DNA from: a virus
Taxonomy: Duplodnaviria; Caudoviricetes
Direction: 5' to 3' (one strand)
Virus record (IMG/VR): IMGVR_UViG_3300035664_000014
Coordinates: 1-63,308 of that record
Length of the DNA: 63,308 bases
Part shown: one piece after another, positions 48,375-56,405 of the stretch
Layout: every line of letters starts with the position of its first letter
How positions within the stretch are numbered: the first letter of the stretch is position 1
Made by a program: the position numbers and the translations under genes
The notes under the pieces: generated by a model
Databases searched by the model: none
Told to the model about the DNA's origin: nothing
What the model saw: the letters and a program-made list of their open reading frames with translations, nothing else

Positions 48375-49688
48375 ATGGCTAACTCGTTCAATAAAGAAGA
48401 GCGCGTAGCGTTTGAAAACCTCCTTGAGGGGTTCAACGACGCGCTTGTCCTCTCCCGTAACGTCTCGATCTACAACACGGATCAGACGATGATGGAGCGC
48501 ACCAACAACGTCATCTGGCGCCCGCAGCCCTACATCGCGACTTCGCTCTCGAACGCCGGTGTGGGTACGGACATCACCAGCGTTGGTGGCTACGCCTCCT
48601 ACACCCAGCTCGCGGTTCCCGCCAGCATCAACCAGACGCGCACGGTCGCTTTCGAGCTCAACGCTCAAGAGCTTCGTGACGCTCTGCAAGAGCAACGCCT
48701 TGGCAACTCGGCCAAGCAGAAACTCGCTTCTGACATCAACGTGTCAGTGCTGAACATCGCGGCCAATCAGGGCACGCTGGTGGTTAAGCGCACGACGGCG
48801 GCTGGTGCTTCGAGTGGTTTCGATGACGTCGCCCAGTGCGAGGCCATCTTCAACGAGCAAGGCATCATGGACGGCGACCGCTACCTCGCGCTCAACACGC
48901 GGGACTACAACGGTCTTGCTAACGACCTTGCCAAGGCTTCGCGCTCCTTCGGGAACCAGAAGTCCGACAAGGCGTATGAGCGTGCATACGTTGGGATGGT
49001 AGCGTCCTTCGACATCTACAAGCTCGACTACGCGGTGCGGCTGTCTGCTGGGTCTGCTACGGCGACCATCAACACGACCGACGCGGCAGCGAACTACTAC
49101 ATCCCGAAAGCCATCTCGACCTCGCCAACGACGGCTGAGCGGCTCAACGTGGATAACCGCTTCCAGTCTCTGACGGTGGCAGTTTCTGCTGGCGCCTTGG
49201 CGGCAGGGGACGCGTTCACCATCGCTGGCATCAACGCAGTGCATCACATCACCAAAGGTGACACCGGTCAGCCTAAGACCTTCCGTGTTATCTCGGCGAG
49301 TGCGCCTGCTGCCGGTAGCCAAGCGATCGTCATCAGCCCTCCGATCATCTCGAACCAGGTTGCTAACGCGGCTTCTGCGCAGAACCAAAACTGCGTGGCG
49401 AACACGAAGGCATCCAACGCGGCAATCACGCTCCTCAACACGGCAGCAGCTCCTGTGAACTGCTTCTGGCACAAGGACGCGATTGAAATCCTCCCTGGCC
49501 GCTACTCGCTCCCCGACAACGCCGGCGTTGCGGTGATGCGCGGTTCAACCGACCAAGGGTTGGAGCTCGTCATGACCAAGCGTTTCGACCAGAACACTCT
49601 CACGACCAAGTATCGTGTGGACACGTTCTACGGGGTTGTCAACAAGCAGCCCGAAATGAGTGGTATCATCCTGTTCAATCAGGTATAG
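48375..49688 (+). CDS. P22 gp5-like coat protein
   Basis: WRPQPY, AKQKLASD, AGDAFTIAG, YGVVNKQPEM motifs. Confidence 0.92.
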   Translation: MANSFNKEERVAFENLLEGFNDALVLSRNVSIYNTDQTMMERTNNVIWRPQPYIATSLSNAGVGTDITSVGGYASYTQLAVPASINQTRTVAFELNAQELRDALQEQRLGNSAKQKLASDINVSVLNIAANQGTLVVKRTTAAGASSGFDDVAQCEAIFNEQGIMDGDRYLALNTRDYNGLANDLAKASRSFGNQKSDKAYERAYVGMVASFDIYKLDYAVRLSAGSATATINTTDAAANYYIPKAISTSPTTAERLNVDNRFQSLTVAVSAGALAAGDAFTIAGINAVHHITKGDTGQPKTFRVISASAPAAGSQAIVISPPIISNQVANAASAQNQNCVANTKASNAAITLLNTAAAPVNCFWHKDAIEILPGRYSLPDNAGVAVMRGSTDQGLELVMTKRFDQNTLTTKYRVDTFYGVVNKQPEMSGIILFNQV

Positions 49689-49700
49689 TTCCCGCAAACG

Positions 49701-49728
49701 GGGGGTGGCCCTTCGGGGCCATCCCCTT
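49701..49728 (+). terminator. hairpin terminator/attenuator after coat gene
   Basis: GC stem with C(TTCG)G loop and short T tail. Confidence 0.65.
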
Positions 49729-49751
49729 AACTTAACTGAAACCAAGGACTT

Positions 49752-49913
49752 ATGCCGCTTAAGAAGGGTTATTCACAGAAGACAATCTCCTCGAACATCA
49801 GCAAGGAGATGAAGTCCGGCAAACCGCAGAAGCAAGCGATTGCAATCGCGCTCTCGACTGCTCGCAAAGCGAAGCAAGCGGCTGGAAAACCCGTCGGCAA
49901 ACTGAAAAAATGA
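49752..49913 (+). CDS. small basic protein (53 aa)
   Basis: [16 protein letters not shown]...[10 protein letters not shown]. Confidence 0.75.
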   Translation: MPLKKGYSQKTISSNISKEMKSGKPQKQAIAIALSTARKAKQAAGKPVGKLKK

Positions 49914-50233
49914 CTGATTTCCCCATCATGGTGTACCGCTCGCCAGGCAAAAGCCCTGCGCGATATGGCACCTACGACTACTGCGGCGTCGAATCACAAG
50001 ACGAACTCGATGAAGCCCTCTCTTTGGGCTGGAGTTTGAGTGTTGAAGAGGCTGTGGACACCTACAACAAGGCCGTTGAGGCCGCTGTAAGGCTCAAGAA
50101 CGAGCCGAAAGTGAAGATTGTGGTCAGTGAGCCCGAATCCGAGGCTGCGCCTGCTCCTGAGGCTGCCGGAGAGCCGGTTTTGCTGGCTGAAGAAGACGAA
50201 GAAGAAGACAAACCGCGCCGCAAGCGCAAATAA
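49910..50233 (+). CDS. hypothetical protein
   Basis: 107 aa, in operon. Confidence 0.7.
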   Translation: MTDFPIMVYRSPGKSPARYGTYDYCGVESQDELDEALSLGWSLSVEEAVDTYNKAVEAAVRLKNEPKVKIVVSEPESEAAPAPEAAGEPVLLAEEDEEEDKPRRKRK

Positions 50234-50237
50234 CCGC

Positions 50238-50714
50238 ATGGGATACACTAAACGCCAGTTCGTTGAGGCCGCTTTTGAGGAACTCGGGTTGGCGTCTTAT
50301 GTGTTTGACCTCACGCCCGACGAGCTTCAGTCAGCGGTGCGCCGGCTTGATGCCATGGTGGCGCAGTGGTACGCGAAAGCCATCCAGATTGGCTACCCTT
50401 TGACCAACTCGCCTGACAACGCTGACCTCGACACGCAGACCAATGTGCCGTTAACAGCCAACGAGGCGATCATCTTGAATCTGGCGATGCGTATCGCCCC
50501 GCAGTACGGCAAAGCGCCTTCGCCTGACACCAAGACAGGCGCGATTGCTGGCTACCAGACGCTCCTCATGCAGAGCGCCAACGTCCTTCAGCAGCAGTAC
50601 CCTTCGCAGATGCCTTCTGGCGCTGGCAACAAGGATGTGGACTGGCCGTTCTTGCCGGTTCCGTCTCTTGGCCCCATCGAGCAACAACCCAACGGTCAGC
50701 TTCTCTTCCTCTAA
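50238..50714 (+). CDS. P22 gp4-like head-to-tail adaptor
   Basis: LDAMVAQW...IGY...NLAMRIAPQYG...MPSGAGN. Confidence 0.85.
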   Translation: MGYTKRQFVEAAFEELGLASYVFDLTPDELQSAVRRLDAMVAQWYAKAIQIGYPLTNSPDNADLDTQTNVPLTANEAIILNLAMRIAPQYGKAPSPDTKTGAIAGYQTLLMQSANVLQQQYPSQMPSGAGNKDVDWPFLPVPSLGPIEQQPNGQLLFL

Positions 50715-50715
50715 C

Positions 50716-51159
50716 ATGGCTATTCAAAATCTCGATAACGTCGACAGCATCAGCCCCTCGACGTTGTTTGCTGTCAACCAGAACGGGCTCGACTACAACT
50801 GCACCGCAGCGGTGGTGGCTGACTTCATTGAGCAGAACGTCACGGTCAACGATGGCAAGGTCATCCAGTACTCCTCGCCGATTAGCGGCTCGACGGTCGC
50901 CATCAGCGGCACGAACAACAGCGTGTGGCTGGTGCTTACCCCCATTAGCACAGTGGCCTCGCTGACGATCCAACTCCCGCAGGTCTCAGGCTGCGTGGCA
51001 AACCAAGAGATTCTTGTCAACACCACTCAGACAATCACCGCTTTGACGGTGAACCTGAACGGTGCGGTCGGAGGCGGCGTTCCGACGACTCTCGCGGCAA
51101 ACGGCTTCTTCACACTCCGGTTCGAGCCGGTCATCCAAAAATGGTATCGCGTAGGCTAA
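50716..51159 (+). CDS. hypothetical virion protein
   Basis: Beta-rich, ends WYRVG. Confidence 0.7.
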   Translation: MAIQNLDNVDSISPSTLFAVNQNGLDYNCTAAVVADFIEQNVTVNDGKVIQYSSPISGSTVAISGTNNSVWLVLTPISTVASLTIQLPQVSGCVANQEILVNTTQTITALTVNLNGAVGGGVPTTLAANGFFTLRFEPVIQKWYRVG

Positions 51160-51160
51160 T

Positions 51161-51454
51161 ATGACACTCCCATTCAATCCCTCTTACGGTAGCGGACAAA
51201 CCCAGTCAGCAACTGGAACCTCCGCCCAGTACAGCATCCAATCTGGCACCCGCAGCATCTGCGTGACCAACACCGGTTCAACCAATCCGGTGTACGTCCG
51301 CATCGGGCAGGGCACGATTACCGCAACGACCGCTGACTACATCGTCATGCCGAGCAGCCAAGTGTCCCTTGGCAAGTTCGAGGACGATAACGTCATTGCA
51401 ATCATCTCGCCTTCCGGAACGACGGTTAACTTCATCTGCGGCGCTGGCCTGTGA
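51161..51454 (+). CDS. hypothetical virion protein
   Basis: 97 aa, beta-rich. Confidence 0.7.
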   Translation: MTLPFNPSYGSGQTQSATGTSAQYSIQSGTRSICVTNTGSTNPVYVRIGQGTITATTADYIVMPSSQVSLGKFEDDNVIAIISPSGTTVNFICGAGL

Positions 51455-51609
51455 TTCGTTACCTCTCAAGACGACGCTCGAAGACGCCTGCGGGGCCCAC
51501 GGTGACCCCTCCAGGGCCGCCTCCCGCTGCGTCGTTCTACCTGCGCCCTGGTGGCGGAACGAACTACTATCGCCGGCCAGGCGGCGTTGACCGGTACATC
51601 AGACCCTAA
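51451..51609 (+). CDS. small protein with YxRP repeats (52 aa)
   Basis: FYLRPGGGTNYYRRPGGVDRYIRP. Confidence 0.6.
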   Translation: MIRYLSRRRSKTPAGPTVTPPGPPPAASFYLRPGGGTNYYRRPGGVDRYIRP

Positions 51610-51614
51610 AGCAT

Positions 51615-52820
51615 ATGCCTGACATTACAGTATCCTCTGACATCGACTCCTTCATGCAGTCTGCCAACCGGCAGGCCGCGATGGACAACCTCGCCGGCGC
51701 AACGACCTCCGGTCAGTACCTTCGCGGGAACGGATCGGACGTTGTTATGTCGGCAATCCAAGCCGCTGACGTCCCAACGCTCAACCAGAACACGACCGGC
51801 ACGGCGGCTGGTCTGTCCGCAACGCTGGCTGAGACGTCTGGCGGAACGGGGAAGACCAGCTACACGAACGGAGAGCTTCTCATCGGCAACGCCGCAGGCG
51901 GGCTTACAAAGGCTACGCTGACGGCAGGTAGCAATGTCACCATCACGAACGGCAACGGAGCTATCACCATTGCATCTTCTGGCGGCAGCGCAACCCCGAC
52001 CGACGTGCAGATATTCACATCGAACGGAACGTGGACAAAGCCTGCTGGGGCTGTATCGGTTAACATTCAACTCTTCGGCGCAGGCGGAGGAGGTTCGAGT
52101 GGGCAGAAAAATAACAACACAACAATCGCTCGCGTTGCAGGTGGTGGAGGCTGTGGAGGTTCCTATTTAAATGCAAACATCAGGGCTTCAGATTTAGGGG
52201 CAACGGAATCTGTTCTCATTGGCCTTGGTGGCGCAGGCGGGGCTGGACAAACAACAAACGGTGGAAGTCAAATTGCAGGCACAGCTGGAGGCAATACAAC
52301 CTTTGGGTCGCTTATTGCTTTGGGAGGAGTTGCTGGTCAGGCCAACGGAACTGCTGGCACTGGAGGGCTGCAAGCGAATCCTGGTGGATCTGCTTCTGGA
52401 ACAGGCTCAACTGGCGCGGCTGGATCTCCTTCGCTTGTAACTGTTTTAGCTGCGTATGGTGGTGCTGGTGGAGCAGGAGGAGGCGGCCTTACCAACACAT
52501 CAGTGACTTCTGCTGGAGGAGCAGGCGGACGGTCTCATGCATTAAATTTAGCTGGTGGAGCAGCAGGAGCGCAAAGCAATGGCCCAGCTAACGCAGGGGC
52601 AGGGGGAGCGGGATTGTCTGCTCCAGCGAACATTTTTGCAGTTGGTTCTGGCGGAGGAGGCGGAGGAGGTGCAAAAGGTGGCGGAAGCGGAGGAGCAGGT
52701 GGAGCAGGTGGATTCCCAGCAGGCGGCGGGGGTGGTGGTGGAGCGACCGAAGATGGAGCAACAAGCGGCGCAGGCGGCACAGGCGCAAATGGGTTTGCTA
52801 TTATAACAACTTACTTCTAA
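51615..52820 (+). CDS. glycine-rich fibre/appendage protein, copy 2
   Basis: 401 aa; C-terminal ~275 aa identical to copy 1. Confidence 0.8.
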   Translation: MPDITVSSDIDSFMQSANRQAAMDNLAGATTSGQYLRGNGSDVVMSAIQAADVPTLNQNTTGTAAGLSATLAETSGGTGKTSYTNGELLIGNAAGGLTKATLTAGSNVTITNGNGAITIASSGGSATPTDVQIFTSNGTWTKPAGAVSVNIQLFGAGGGGSSGQKNNNTTIARVAGGGGCGGSYLNANIRASDLGATESVLIGLGGAGGAGQTTNGGSQIAGTAGGNTTFGSLIALGGVAGQANGTAGTGGLQANPGGSASGTGSTGAAGSPSLVTVLAAYGGAGGAGGGGLTNTSVTSAGGAGGRSHALNLAGGAAGAQSNGPANAGAGGAGLSAPANIFAVGSGGGGGGGAKGGGSGGAGGAGGFPAGGGGGGGATEDGATSGAGGTGANGFAIITTYF

Positions 52821-52995
52821 GCAATGAAATACGCAGTCGTTGATGAGGCTACCAAAGTGGTAATGAACATGACTGTGTGGGACGGGGTGACACCTTGCAC
52901 TCCACCACATGGCACAACTTTCGTTAATGTCACTGATACCCCATGTGGCATGGGCTGGATTGAACAACCAGACGGAACCTTTGCACCTCCACCAG
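51615..52995 (+). repeat. Direct repeat copy 2 (identical core 51992-52951)
   Basis: Matches 12250-13630. Confidence 0.95.
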
Positions 52996-53003
52996 AAGAA
53001 TAA
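52824..53003 (+). CDS. small partner of glycine-rich protein
   Basis: MKYAVVDE...FAPPPEE. Confidence 0.7.
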   Translation: MKYAVVDEATKVVMNMTVWDGVTPCTPPHGTTFVNVTDTPCGMGWIEQPDGTFAPPPEE

Positions 53004-53009
53004 AGCATT

Positions 53010-54935
53010 ATGGCACAAGTAGTTGTTTCAGCAAACATTGACACGTTTCTTCGCACAGCAAACAACGCTGCTGCCAGAACGAGCCTAGGGCTAGGGGACG
53101 CCGCAACCAAGAACACGGGGACGACCGCTAACACGGTAGCCGCAGGGGATGACTCGCGCATCACGGGGGCAGTCCAATCGACTCGCACGATTACTGCAGG
53201 CACTGGACTCACGGGCGGTGGCGACTTGTCCGCAAACAGGACGCTAACTGTCAGTTACGGATCAACCGCAGGAACAGCATGCGAAGGCAGCGATGCGCGT
53301 CTCTCCAATGCTAGAACCCCCACAGCACACGCAGCAACCCATGCCGCAGCGGGGAGCGATCCCATCACCATCACGGCAGCGCAGATCAGCGGGAGCCTCA
53401 CGCAGAACACCACAGGGACGGCATCGAACGTCACAGGAACGGTTGCAGCGGCAAACGGCGGGACAGGGCAGACGACCTACACCAATGGGCAGCTCTTGAT
53501 TGGGAACGCTGCGGGTGGACTGACAAAAGCCACATTGACCGCAGGCCCAAACGTAACCATCACGAACGGCAATGGCTCAATCACAATCGAGGCCACAGCA
53601 GGCGCAGCAGGCGTATCCTCATTCTCCGCAGGAACCACAGGGCTCACTCCAGCTACTGCATCCACAGGAGCAGTCACGCTAGCAGGGACGCTTGGAATCG
53701 CAAATGGCGGCACGGGGCAAACCACAGCAAACGCAGCAGTAAACGCTCTGCTTCCATCACAGAGTGGCAACAGCGGCAAGGTTCTCTCTACGGACGGCAC
53801 AAACACATCATGGATTACGTCAGGAGGCGTAGGCACGGTTACGAGCGTTGATGTCTCTGGAGGAACGACTGGGCTAACCACATCCGGTGGTCCTGTGACT
53901 GGTTCGGGCACGATTACCATTGCTGGGACGTTGGCTCTTGCAAACGGAGGCACAGGCGCAACTACTCAACCAGGAGCAGCCAATGCGGTGCTGCCATCAC
54001 AAGCGAGCAACAGCGGCAAGTTCCTGACAACGGACGGATCGAATGTATCGTGGGCTACGGCAGGCGGTGGAGGTGGCTCAACAACACAGGTAGCCAGATA
54101 TTTAACAACGCAGAACGTGTCGGTTCCGGCAGGTGCTAAAAAGCTAGACGTATTTTGCGTTGGAGGAGGAGGGGGCGGTGGGGGTGCGTCAGGCAGCAAT
54201 GGGGCATTAGCAAATCGCGGCGGCGGGGCAGGAGGAGGCGCAGGTGGATTCTCTACTGCATCATTCGACGCAACGGCTCTTCCAGCATCTATACAGGTTG
54301 TTATTGGCGCAGCGGGAGCCGCTGGAACAGGTGGGGTTGGACTGAACGACGGCACGGCAGGAGGATCGGCTGGAAGGTCAGGGGTTACAACTGTTGGAGC
54401 TGATATAGCGACATTCCCATCTTTAATTTGTGCATTTGGAGGAAATGGCGGTGGAGCAGGACTTACAAATGGATCAGGAGGGTCAACTGGCAATGCAGCG
54501 ACATCAGCACTTTTTCCAGGAACAAACGGAGGAAGTGGTGGGAGTAGCGGTGGAGTAGGTTCTGCAGGGTCAAATCAAAATGCAACCGCTGGAGTTAGAG
54601 GGCCAACAGGAGGCGGTGGGGGAGGAGCAATATCAACAACTACATTTGCAAATGGAGGCACTGGAGGAAATCTTGTGCTGCAAAGTTTTGGAGGGGGCGG
54701 CACGGCAGGAACAACAAATGGCGCAAACGGTGGAAACGGATGGACTGCGCTTTATGATGGGCAAACAACAGCAGGAGGTGGAGGTGGTGCGGGATCAACC
54801 ACGGGAACGGGAGGAACAGGTGGAGCAGGTGGGTTCCCTGGCGGTGGTGGTGGAGGAGGCGGGGCTGGGATTAACAACGGAGGGAATGGAGGAGCAGGTG
54901 GCGCGGGTATTGTCGTATTAACTTGGTATTTCTAA
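53010..54935 (+). CDS. longer glycine-rich fibre protein (phage A)
   Basis: GLGDAATKN, GGGDLSANRT and ANGGTG repeats; Gly-rich domain ending VLTWYF. Confidence 0.8.
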   Translation: MAQVVVSANIDTFLRTANNAAARTSLGLGDAATKNTGTTANTVAAGDDSRITGAVQSTRTITAGTGLTGGGDLSANRTLTVSYGSTAGTACEGSDARLSNARTPTAHAATHAAAGSDPITITAAQISGSLTQNTTGTASNVTGTVAAANGGTGQTTYTNGQLLIGNAAGGLTKATLTAGPNVTITNGNGSITIEATAGAAGVSSFSAGTTGLTPATASTGAVTLAGTLGIANGGTGQTTANAAVNALLPSQSGNSGKVLSTDGTNTSWITSGGVGTVTSVDVSGGTTGLTTSGGPVTGSGTITIAGTLALANGGTGATTQPGAANAVLPSQASNSGKFLTTDGSNVSWATAGGGGGSTTQVARYLTTQNVSVPAGAKKLDVFCVGGGGGGGGASGSNGALANRGGGAGGGAGGFSTASFDATALPASIQVVIGAAGAAGTGGVGLNDGTAGGSAGRSGVTTVGADIATFPSLICAFGGNGGGAGLTNGSGGSTGNAATSALFPGTNGGSGGSSGGVGSAGSNQNATAGVRGPTGGGGGGAISTTTFANGGTGGNLVLQSFGGGGTAGTTNGANGGNGWTALYDGQTTAGGGGGAGSTTGTGGTGGAGGFPGGGGGGGGAGINNGGNGGAGGAGIVVLTWYF

Positions 54936-54938
54936 CAT

Positions 54939-55124
54939 ATGAGCGCAGCATCTTATCTTTGGATTGACCAAAACGGAGTTGTAACCAACATAGTCATGTT
55001 TGACCCATCAAACGAGCTTACGCTTCCAGCAGGGCATGAGCTAGTTCTCTGCACGGGCCAAGCCGACATTGGCTGGATTCGCAACGAAGACGGCAGTTTC
55101 ACTCCTCCTCCTCAAGATGCCTAA
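54939..55124 (+). CDS. small partner of glycine-rich protein
   Basis: DIGW..DGSFTPPPQDA. Confidence 0.7.
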   Translation: MSAASYLWIDQNGVVTNIVMFDPSNELTLPAGHELVLCTGQADIGWIRNEDGSFTPPPQDA

Positions 55125-55377
55125 ATCCGTATCACTCTCCGTAGGGCGCGGCGAAAAGCTCCCAGCATCGAAAGGTGCAGGGCTCACAGCCAAGGGTCGC
55201 GCCAAATACAACGCAGCCACAGGCTCCAAGCTCAAGCCTCCAGCTCCTAGCCCCAAGACCAAGGCAGATGCAGGCCGGAAAGCCTCCTTCTGCGCGAGGA
55301 TGAAAGGTGTGGTCGCCAAAGCCAAGGGGCCAGCAGAACGAGCCAAAGCAAGCCTTCGCAGGTGGAAATGCAGCTAG
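55117..55377 (+). CDS. DUF6321-like basic protein (phage A)
   Basis: Homologous to 13634-13906. Confidence 0.7.
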   Translation: MPKSVSLSVGRGEKLPASKGAGLTAKGRAKYNAATGSKLKPPAPSPKTKADAGRKASFCARMKGVVAKAKGPAERAKASLRRWKCS

Positions 55378-55386
55378 AACACGACT

Positions 55387-55554
55387 ATGAAATACATCTT
55401 CGACCGTCTCTTTGAGCCCTCCACATGGAGAGGACTTGTCTCCCTTGCAACCCTGCTAGGCATCAAGATTGCGCCAGACCATGCAGACGCAGTTTTCACC
55501 GCAGGAGCCAGTGTTTACTCGGCAATAAACATCCTCCGAAAGGAGCGCAAATAA
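55387..55554 (+). CDS. holin-like membrane protein (phage A)
   Basis: RLFEPSTWRG; homologous to 27172-27339. Confidence 0.7.
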   Translation: MKYIFDRLFEPSTWRGLVSLATLLGIKIAPDHADAVFTAGASVYSAINILRKERK

Positions 55555-55715
55555 TGGACAAAGCAATGGAGCAGATTGTCGCTCAAGGCCCATTAGCCGC
55601 AGCAATGGCAGTCGCCATCTGGTGGCTTGCTTCCAAGATTAAGGACTGCGAAATCGACCGTCAGAAGCTCTGGGACAAAATCTCTGAGATAGCCAGCAGG
55701 CACGACAATGCTTGA
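55554..55715 (+). CDS. small membrane protein of lysis module
   Basis: Homologous to 27336-27521. Confidence 0.65.
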   Translation: MDKAMEQIVAQGPLAAAMAVAIWWLASKIKDCEIDRQKLWDKISEIASRHDNA

Positions 55716-56172
55716 TCCTCGCACAGAGAAGACGCTAGGCACGCTGCATGAGAAGGTGCAGCCCAAGTTCCGTGCATTCATGGAAGACGCGCAAAGGCTT
55801 GCTGCGATGAAAGGGCTTGAATACCGCGCCATATCTGGGCTACGCACGTTCGATGAACAAGCAGCTATTTACGCGCAAGGACGCACGAAACCTGGCCGAA
55901 TCGTATCAAATGCAAAGCCTGGAACGAGTTACCACAACTATGGCCTCGCCATTGATTGCGGGGTTTTTCGTGGCGGGAAGTATCTTGATAGCGATGAGCC
56001 TAAGACAGCTAGTGCTTTCCACAAAGAAGCAGGACTCCTAGCGGACAGCTACGGACTCACATGGGGCGGCACATTCAAGAACATGGTGGATGAGCCACAT
56101 TTCGAGTTGAGTAAAGGGCTTCCAATCCTAACACTGCTGGACAAACACAACAAAGGCCAAGACATCCTATGA
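55708..56172 (+). CDS. M15 family peptidase endolysin
   Basis: SGLRTFDEQ, SYHNYGLAID, WGG...DEPHFE motifs. Confidence 0.9.
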   Translation: MLDPRTEKTLGTLHEKVQPKFRAFMEDAQRLAAMKGLEYRAISGLRTFDEQAAIYAQGRTKPGRIVSNAKPGTSYHNYGLAIDCGVFRGGKYLDSDEPKTASAFHKEAGLLADSYGLTWGGTFKNMVDEPHFELSKGLPILTLLDKHNKGQDIL

Positions 56173-56405
56173 GCAAACTTGAAGACTTAATGAATGCGCT
56201 TGTCGGTGGCGGCGAGAGCGAGGAAGAGGGCGGCGAGCACATGGAGAAGATGAAGAAAGCCTACAAGCTGATGAAGAAGGCTACAGAGCTTATTGGAGAG
56301 TGCTGCGGCGAAGGCGAGGAGGACGACTACGAAGAAGAGGATGAGGAAGAGGGCAAGGCCATGCCAGTGGCAACCACGTTCGTCATTCAGAAGAGCAAAC
56401 GCTAA
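56169..56405 (+). CDS. small acidic protein
   Basis: 78 aa, Glu-rich, coupled to neighbours. Confidence 0.6.
   Translation: MSKLEDLMNALVGGGESEEEGGEHMEKMKKAYKLMKKATELIGECCGEGEEDDYEEEDEEEGKAMPVATTFVIQKSKR

Larger units (their letters stand above)
12627..51991. mobile_element. Phage B: complete-looking, circularly permuted P22-like podovirus genome (39,365 bp) nested in phage A
   Basis: It has its own TerS, TerL, portal, scaffold, coat, tail, lysis and replication genes and is flanked by direct repeats offset by 39,365 bp. Circularising it joins the gp4-like region to the gp10-like gene, as in P22. Confidence 0.85.

Noticed and set aside
12250-52995. Repeat pair as a diversity-generating retroelement TR/VR or as attL/attR
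   Set aside because: No reverse transcriptase or integrase is recognisable. Differences are mostly synonymous rather than adenine-specific, and both copies are intact genes.
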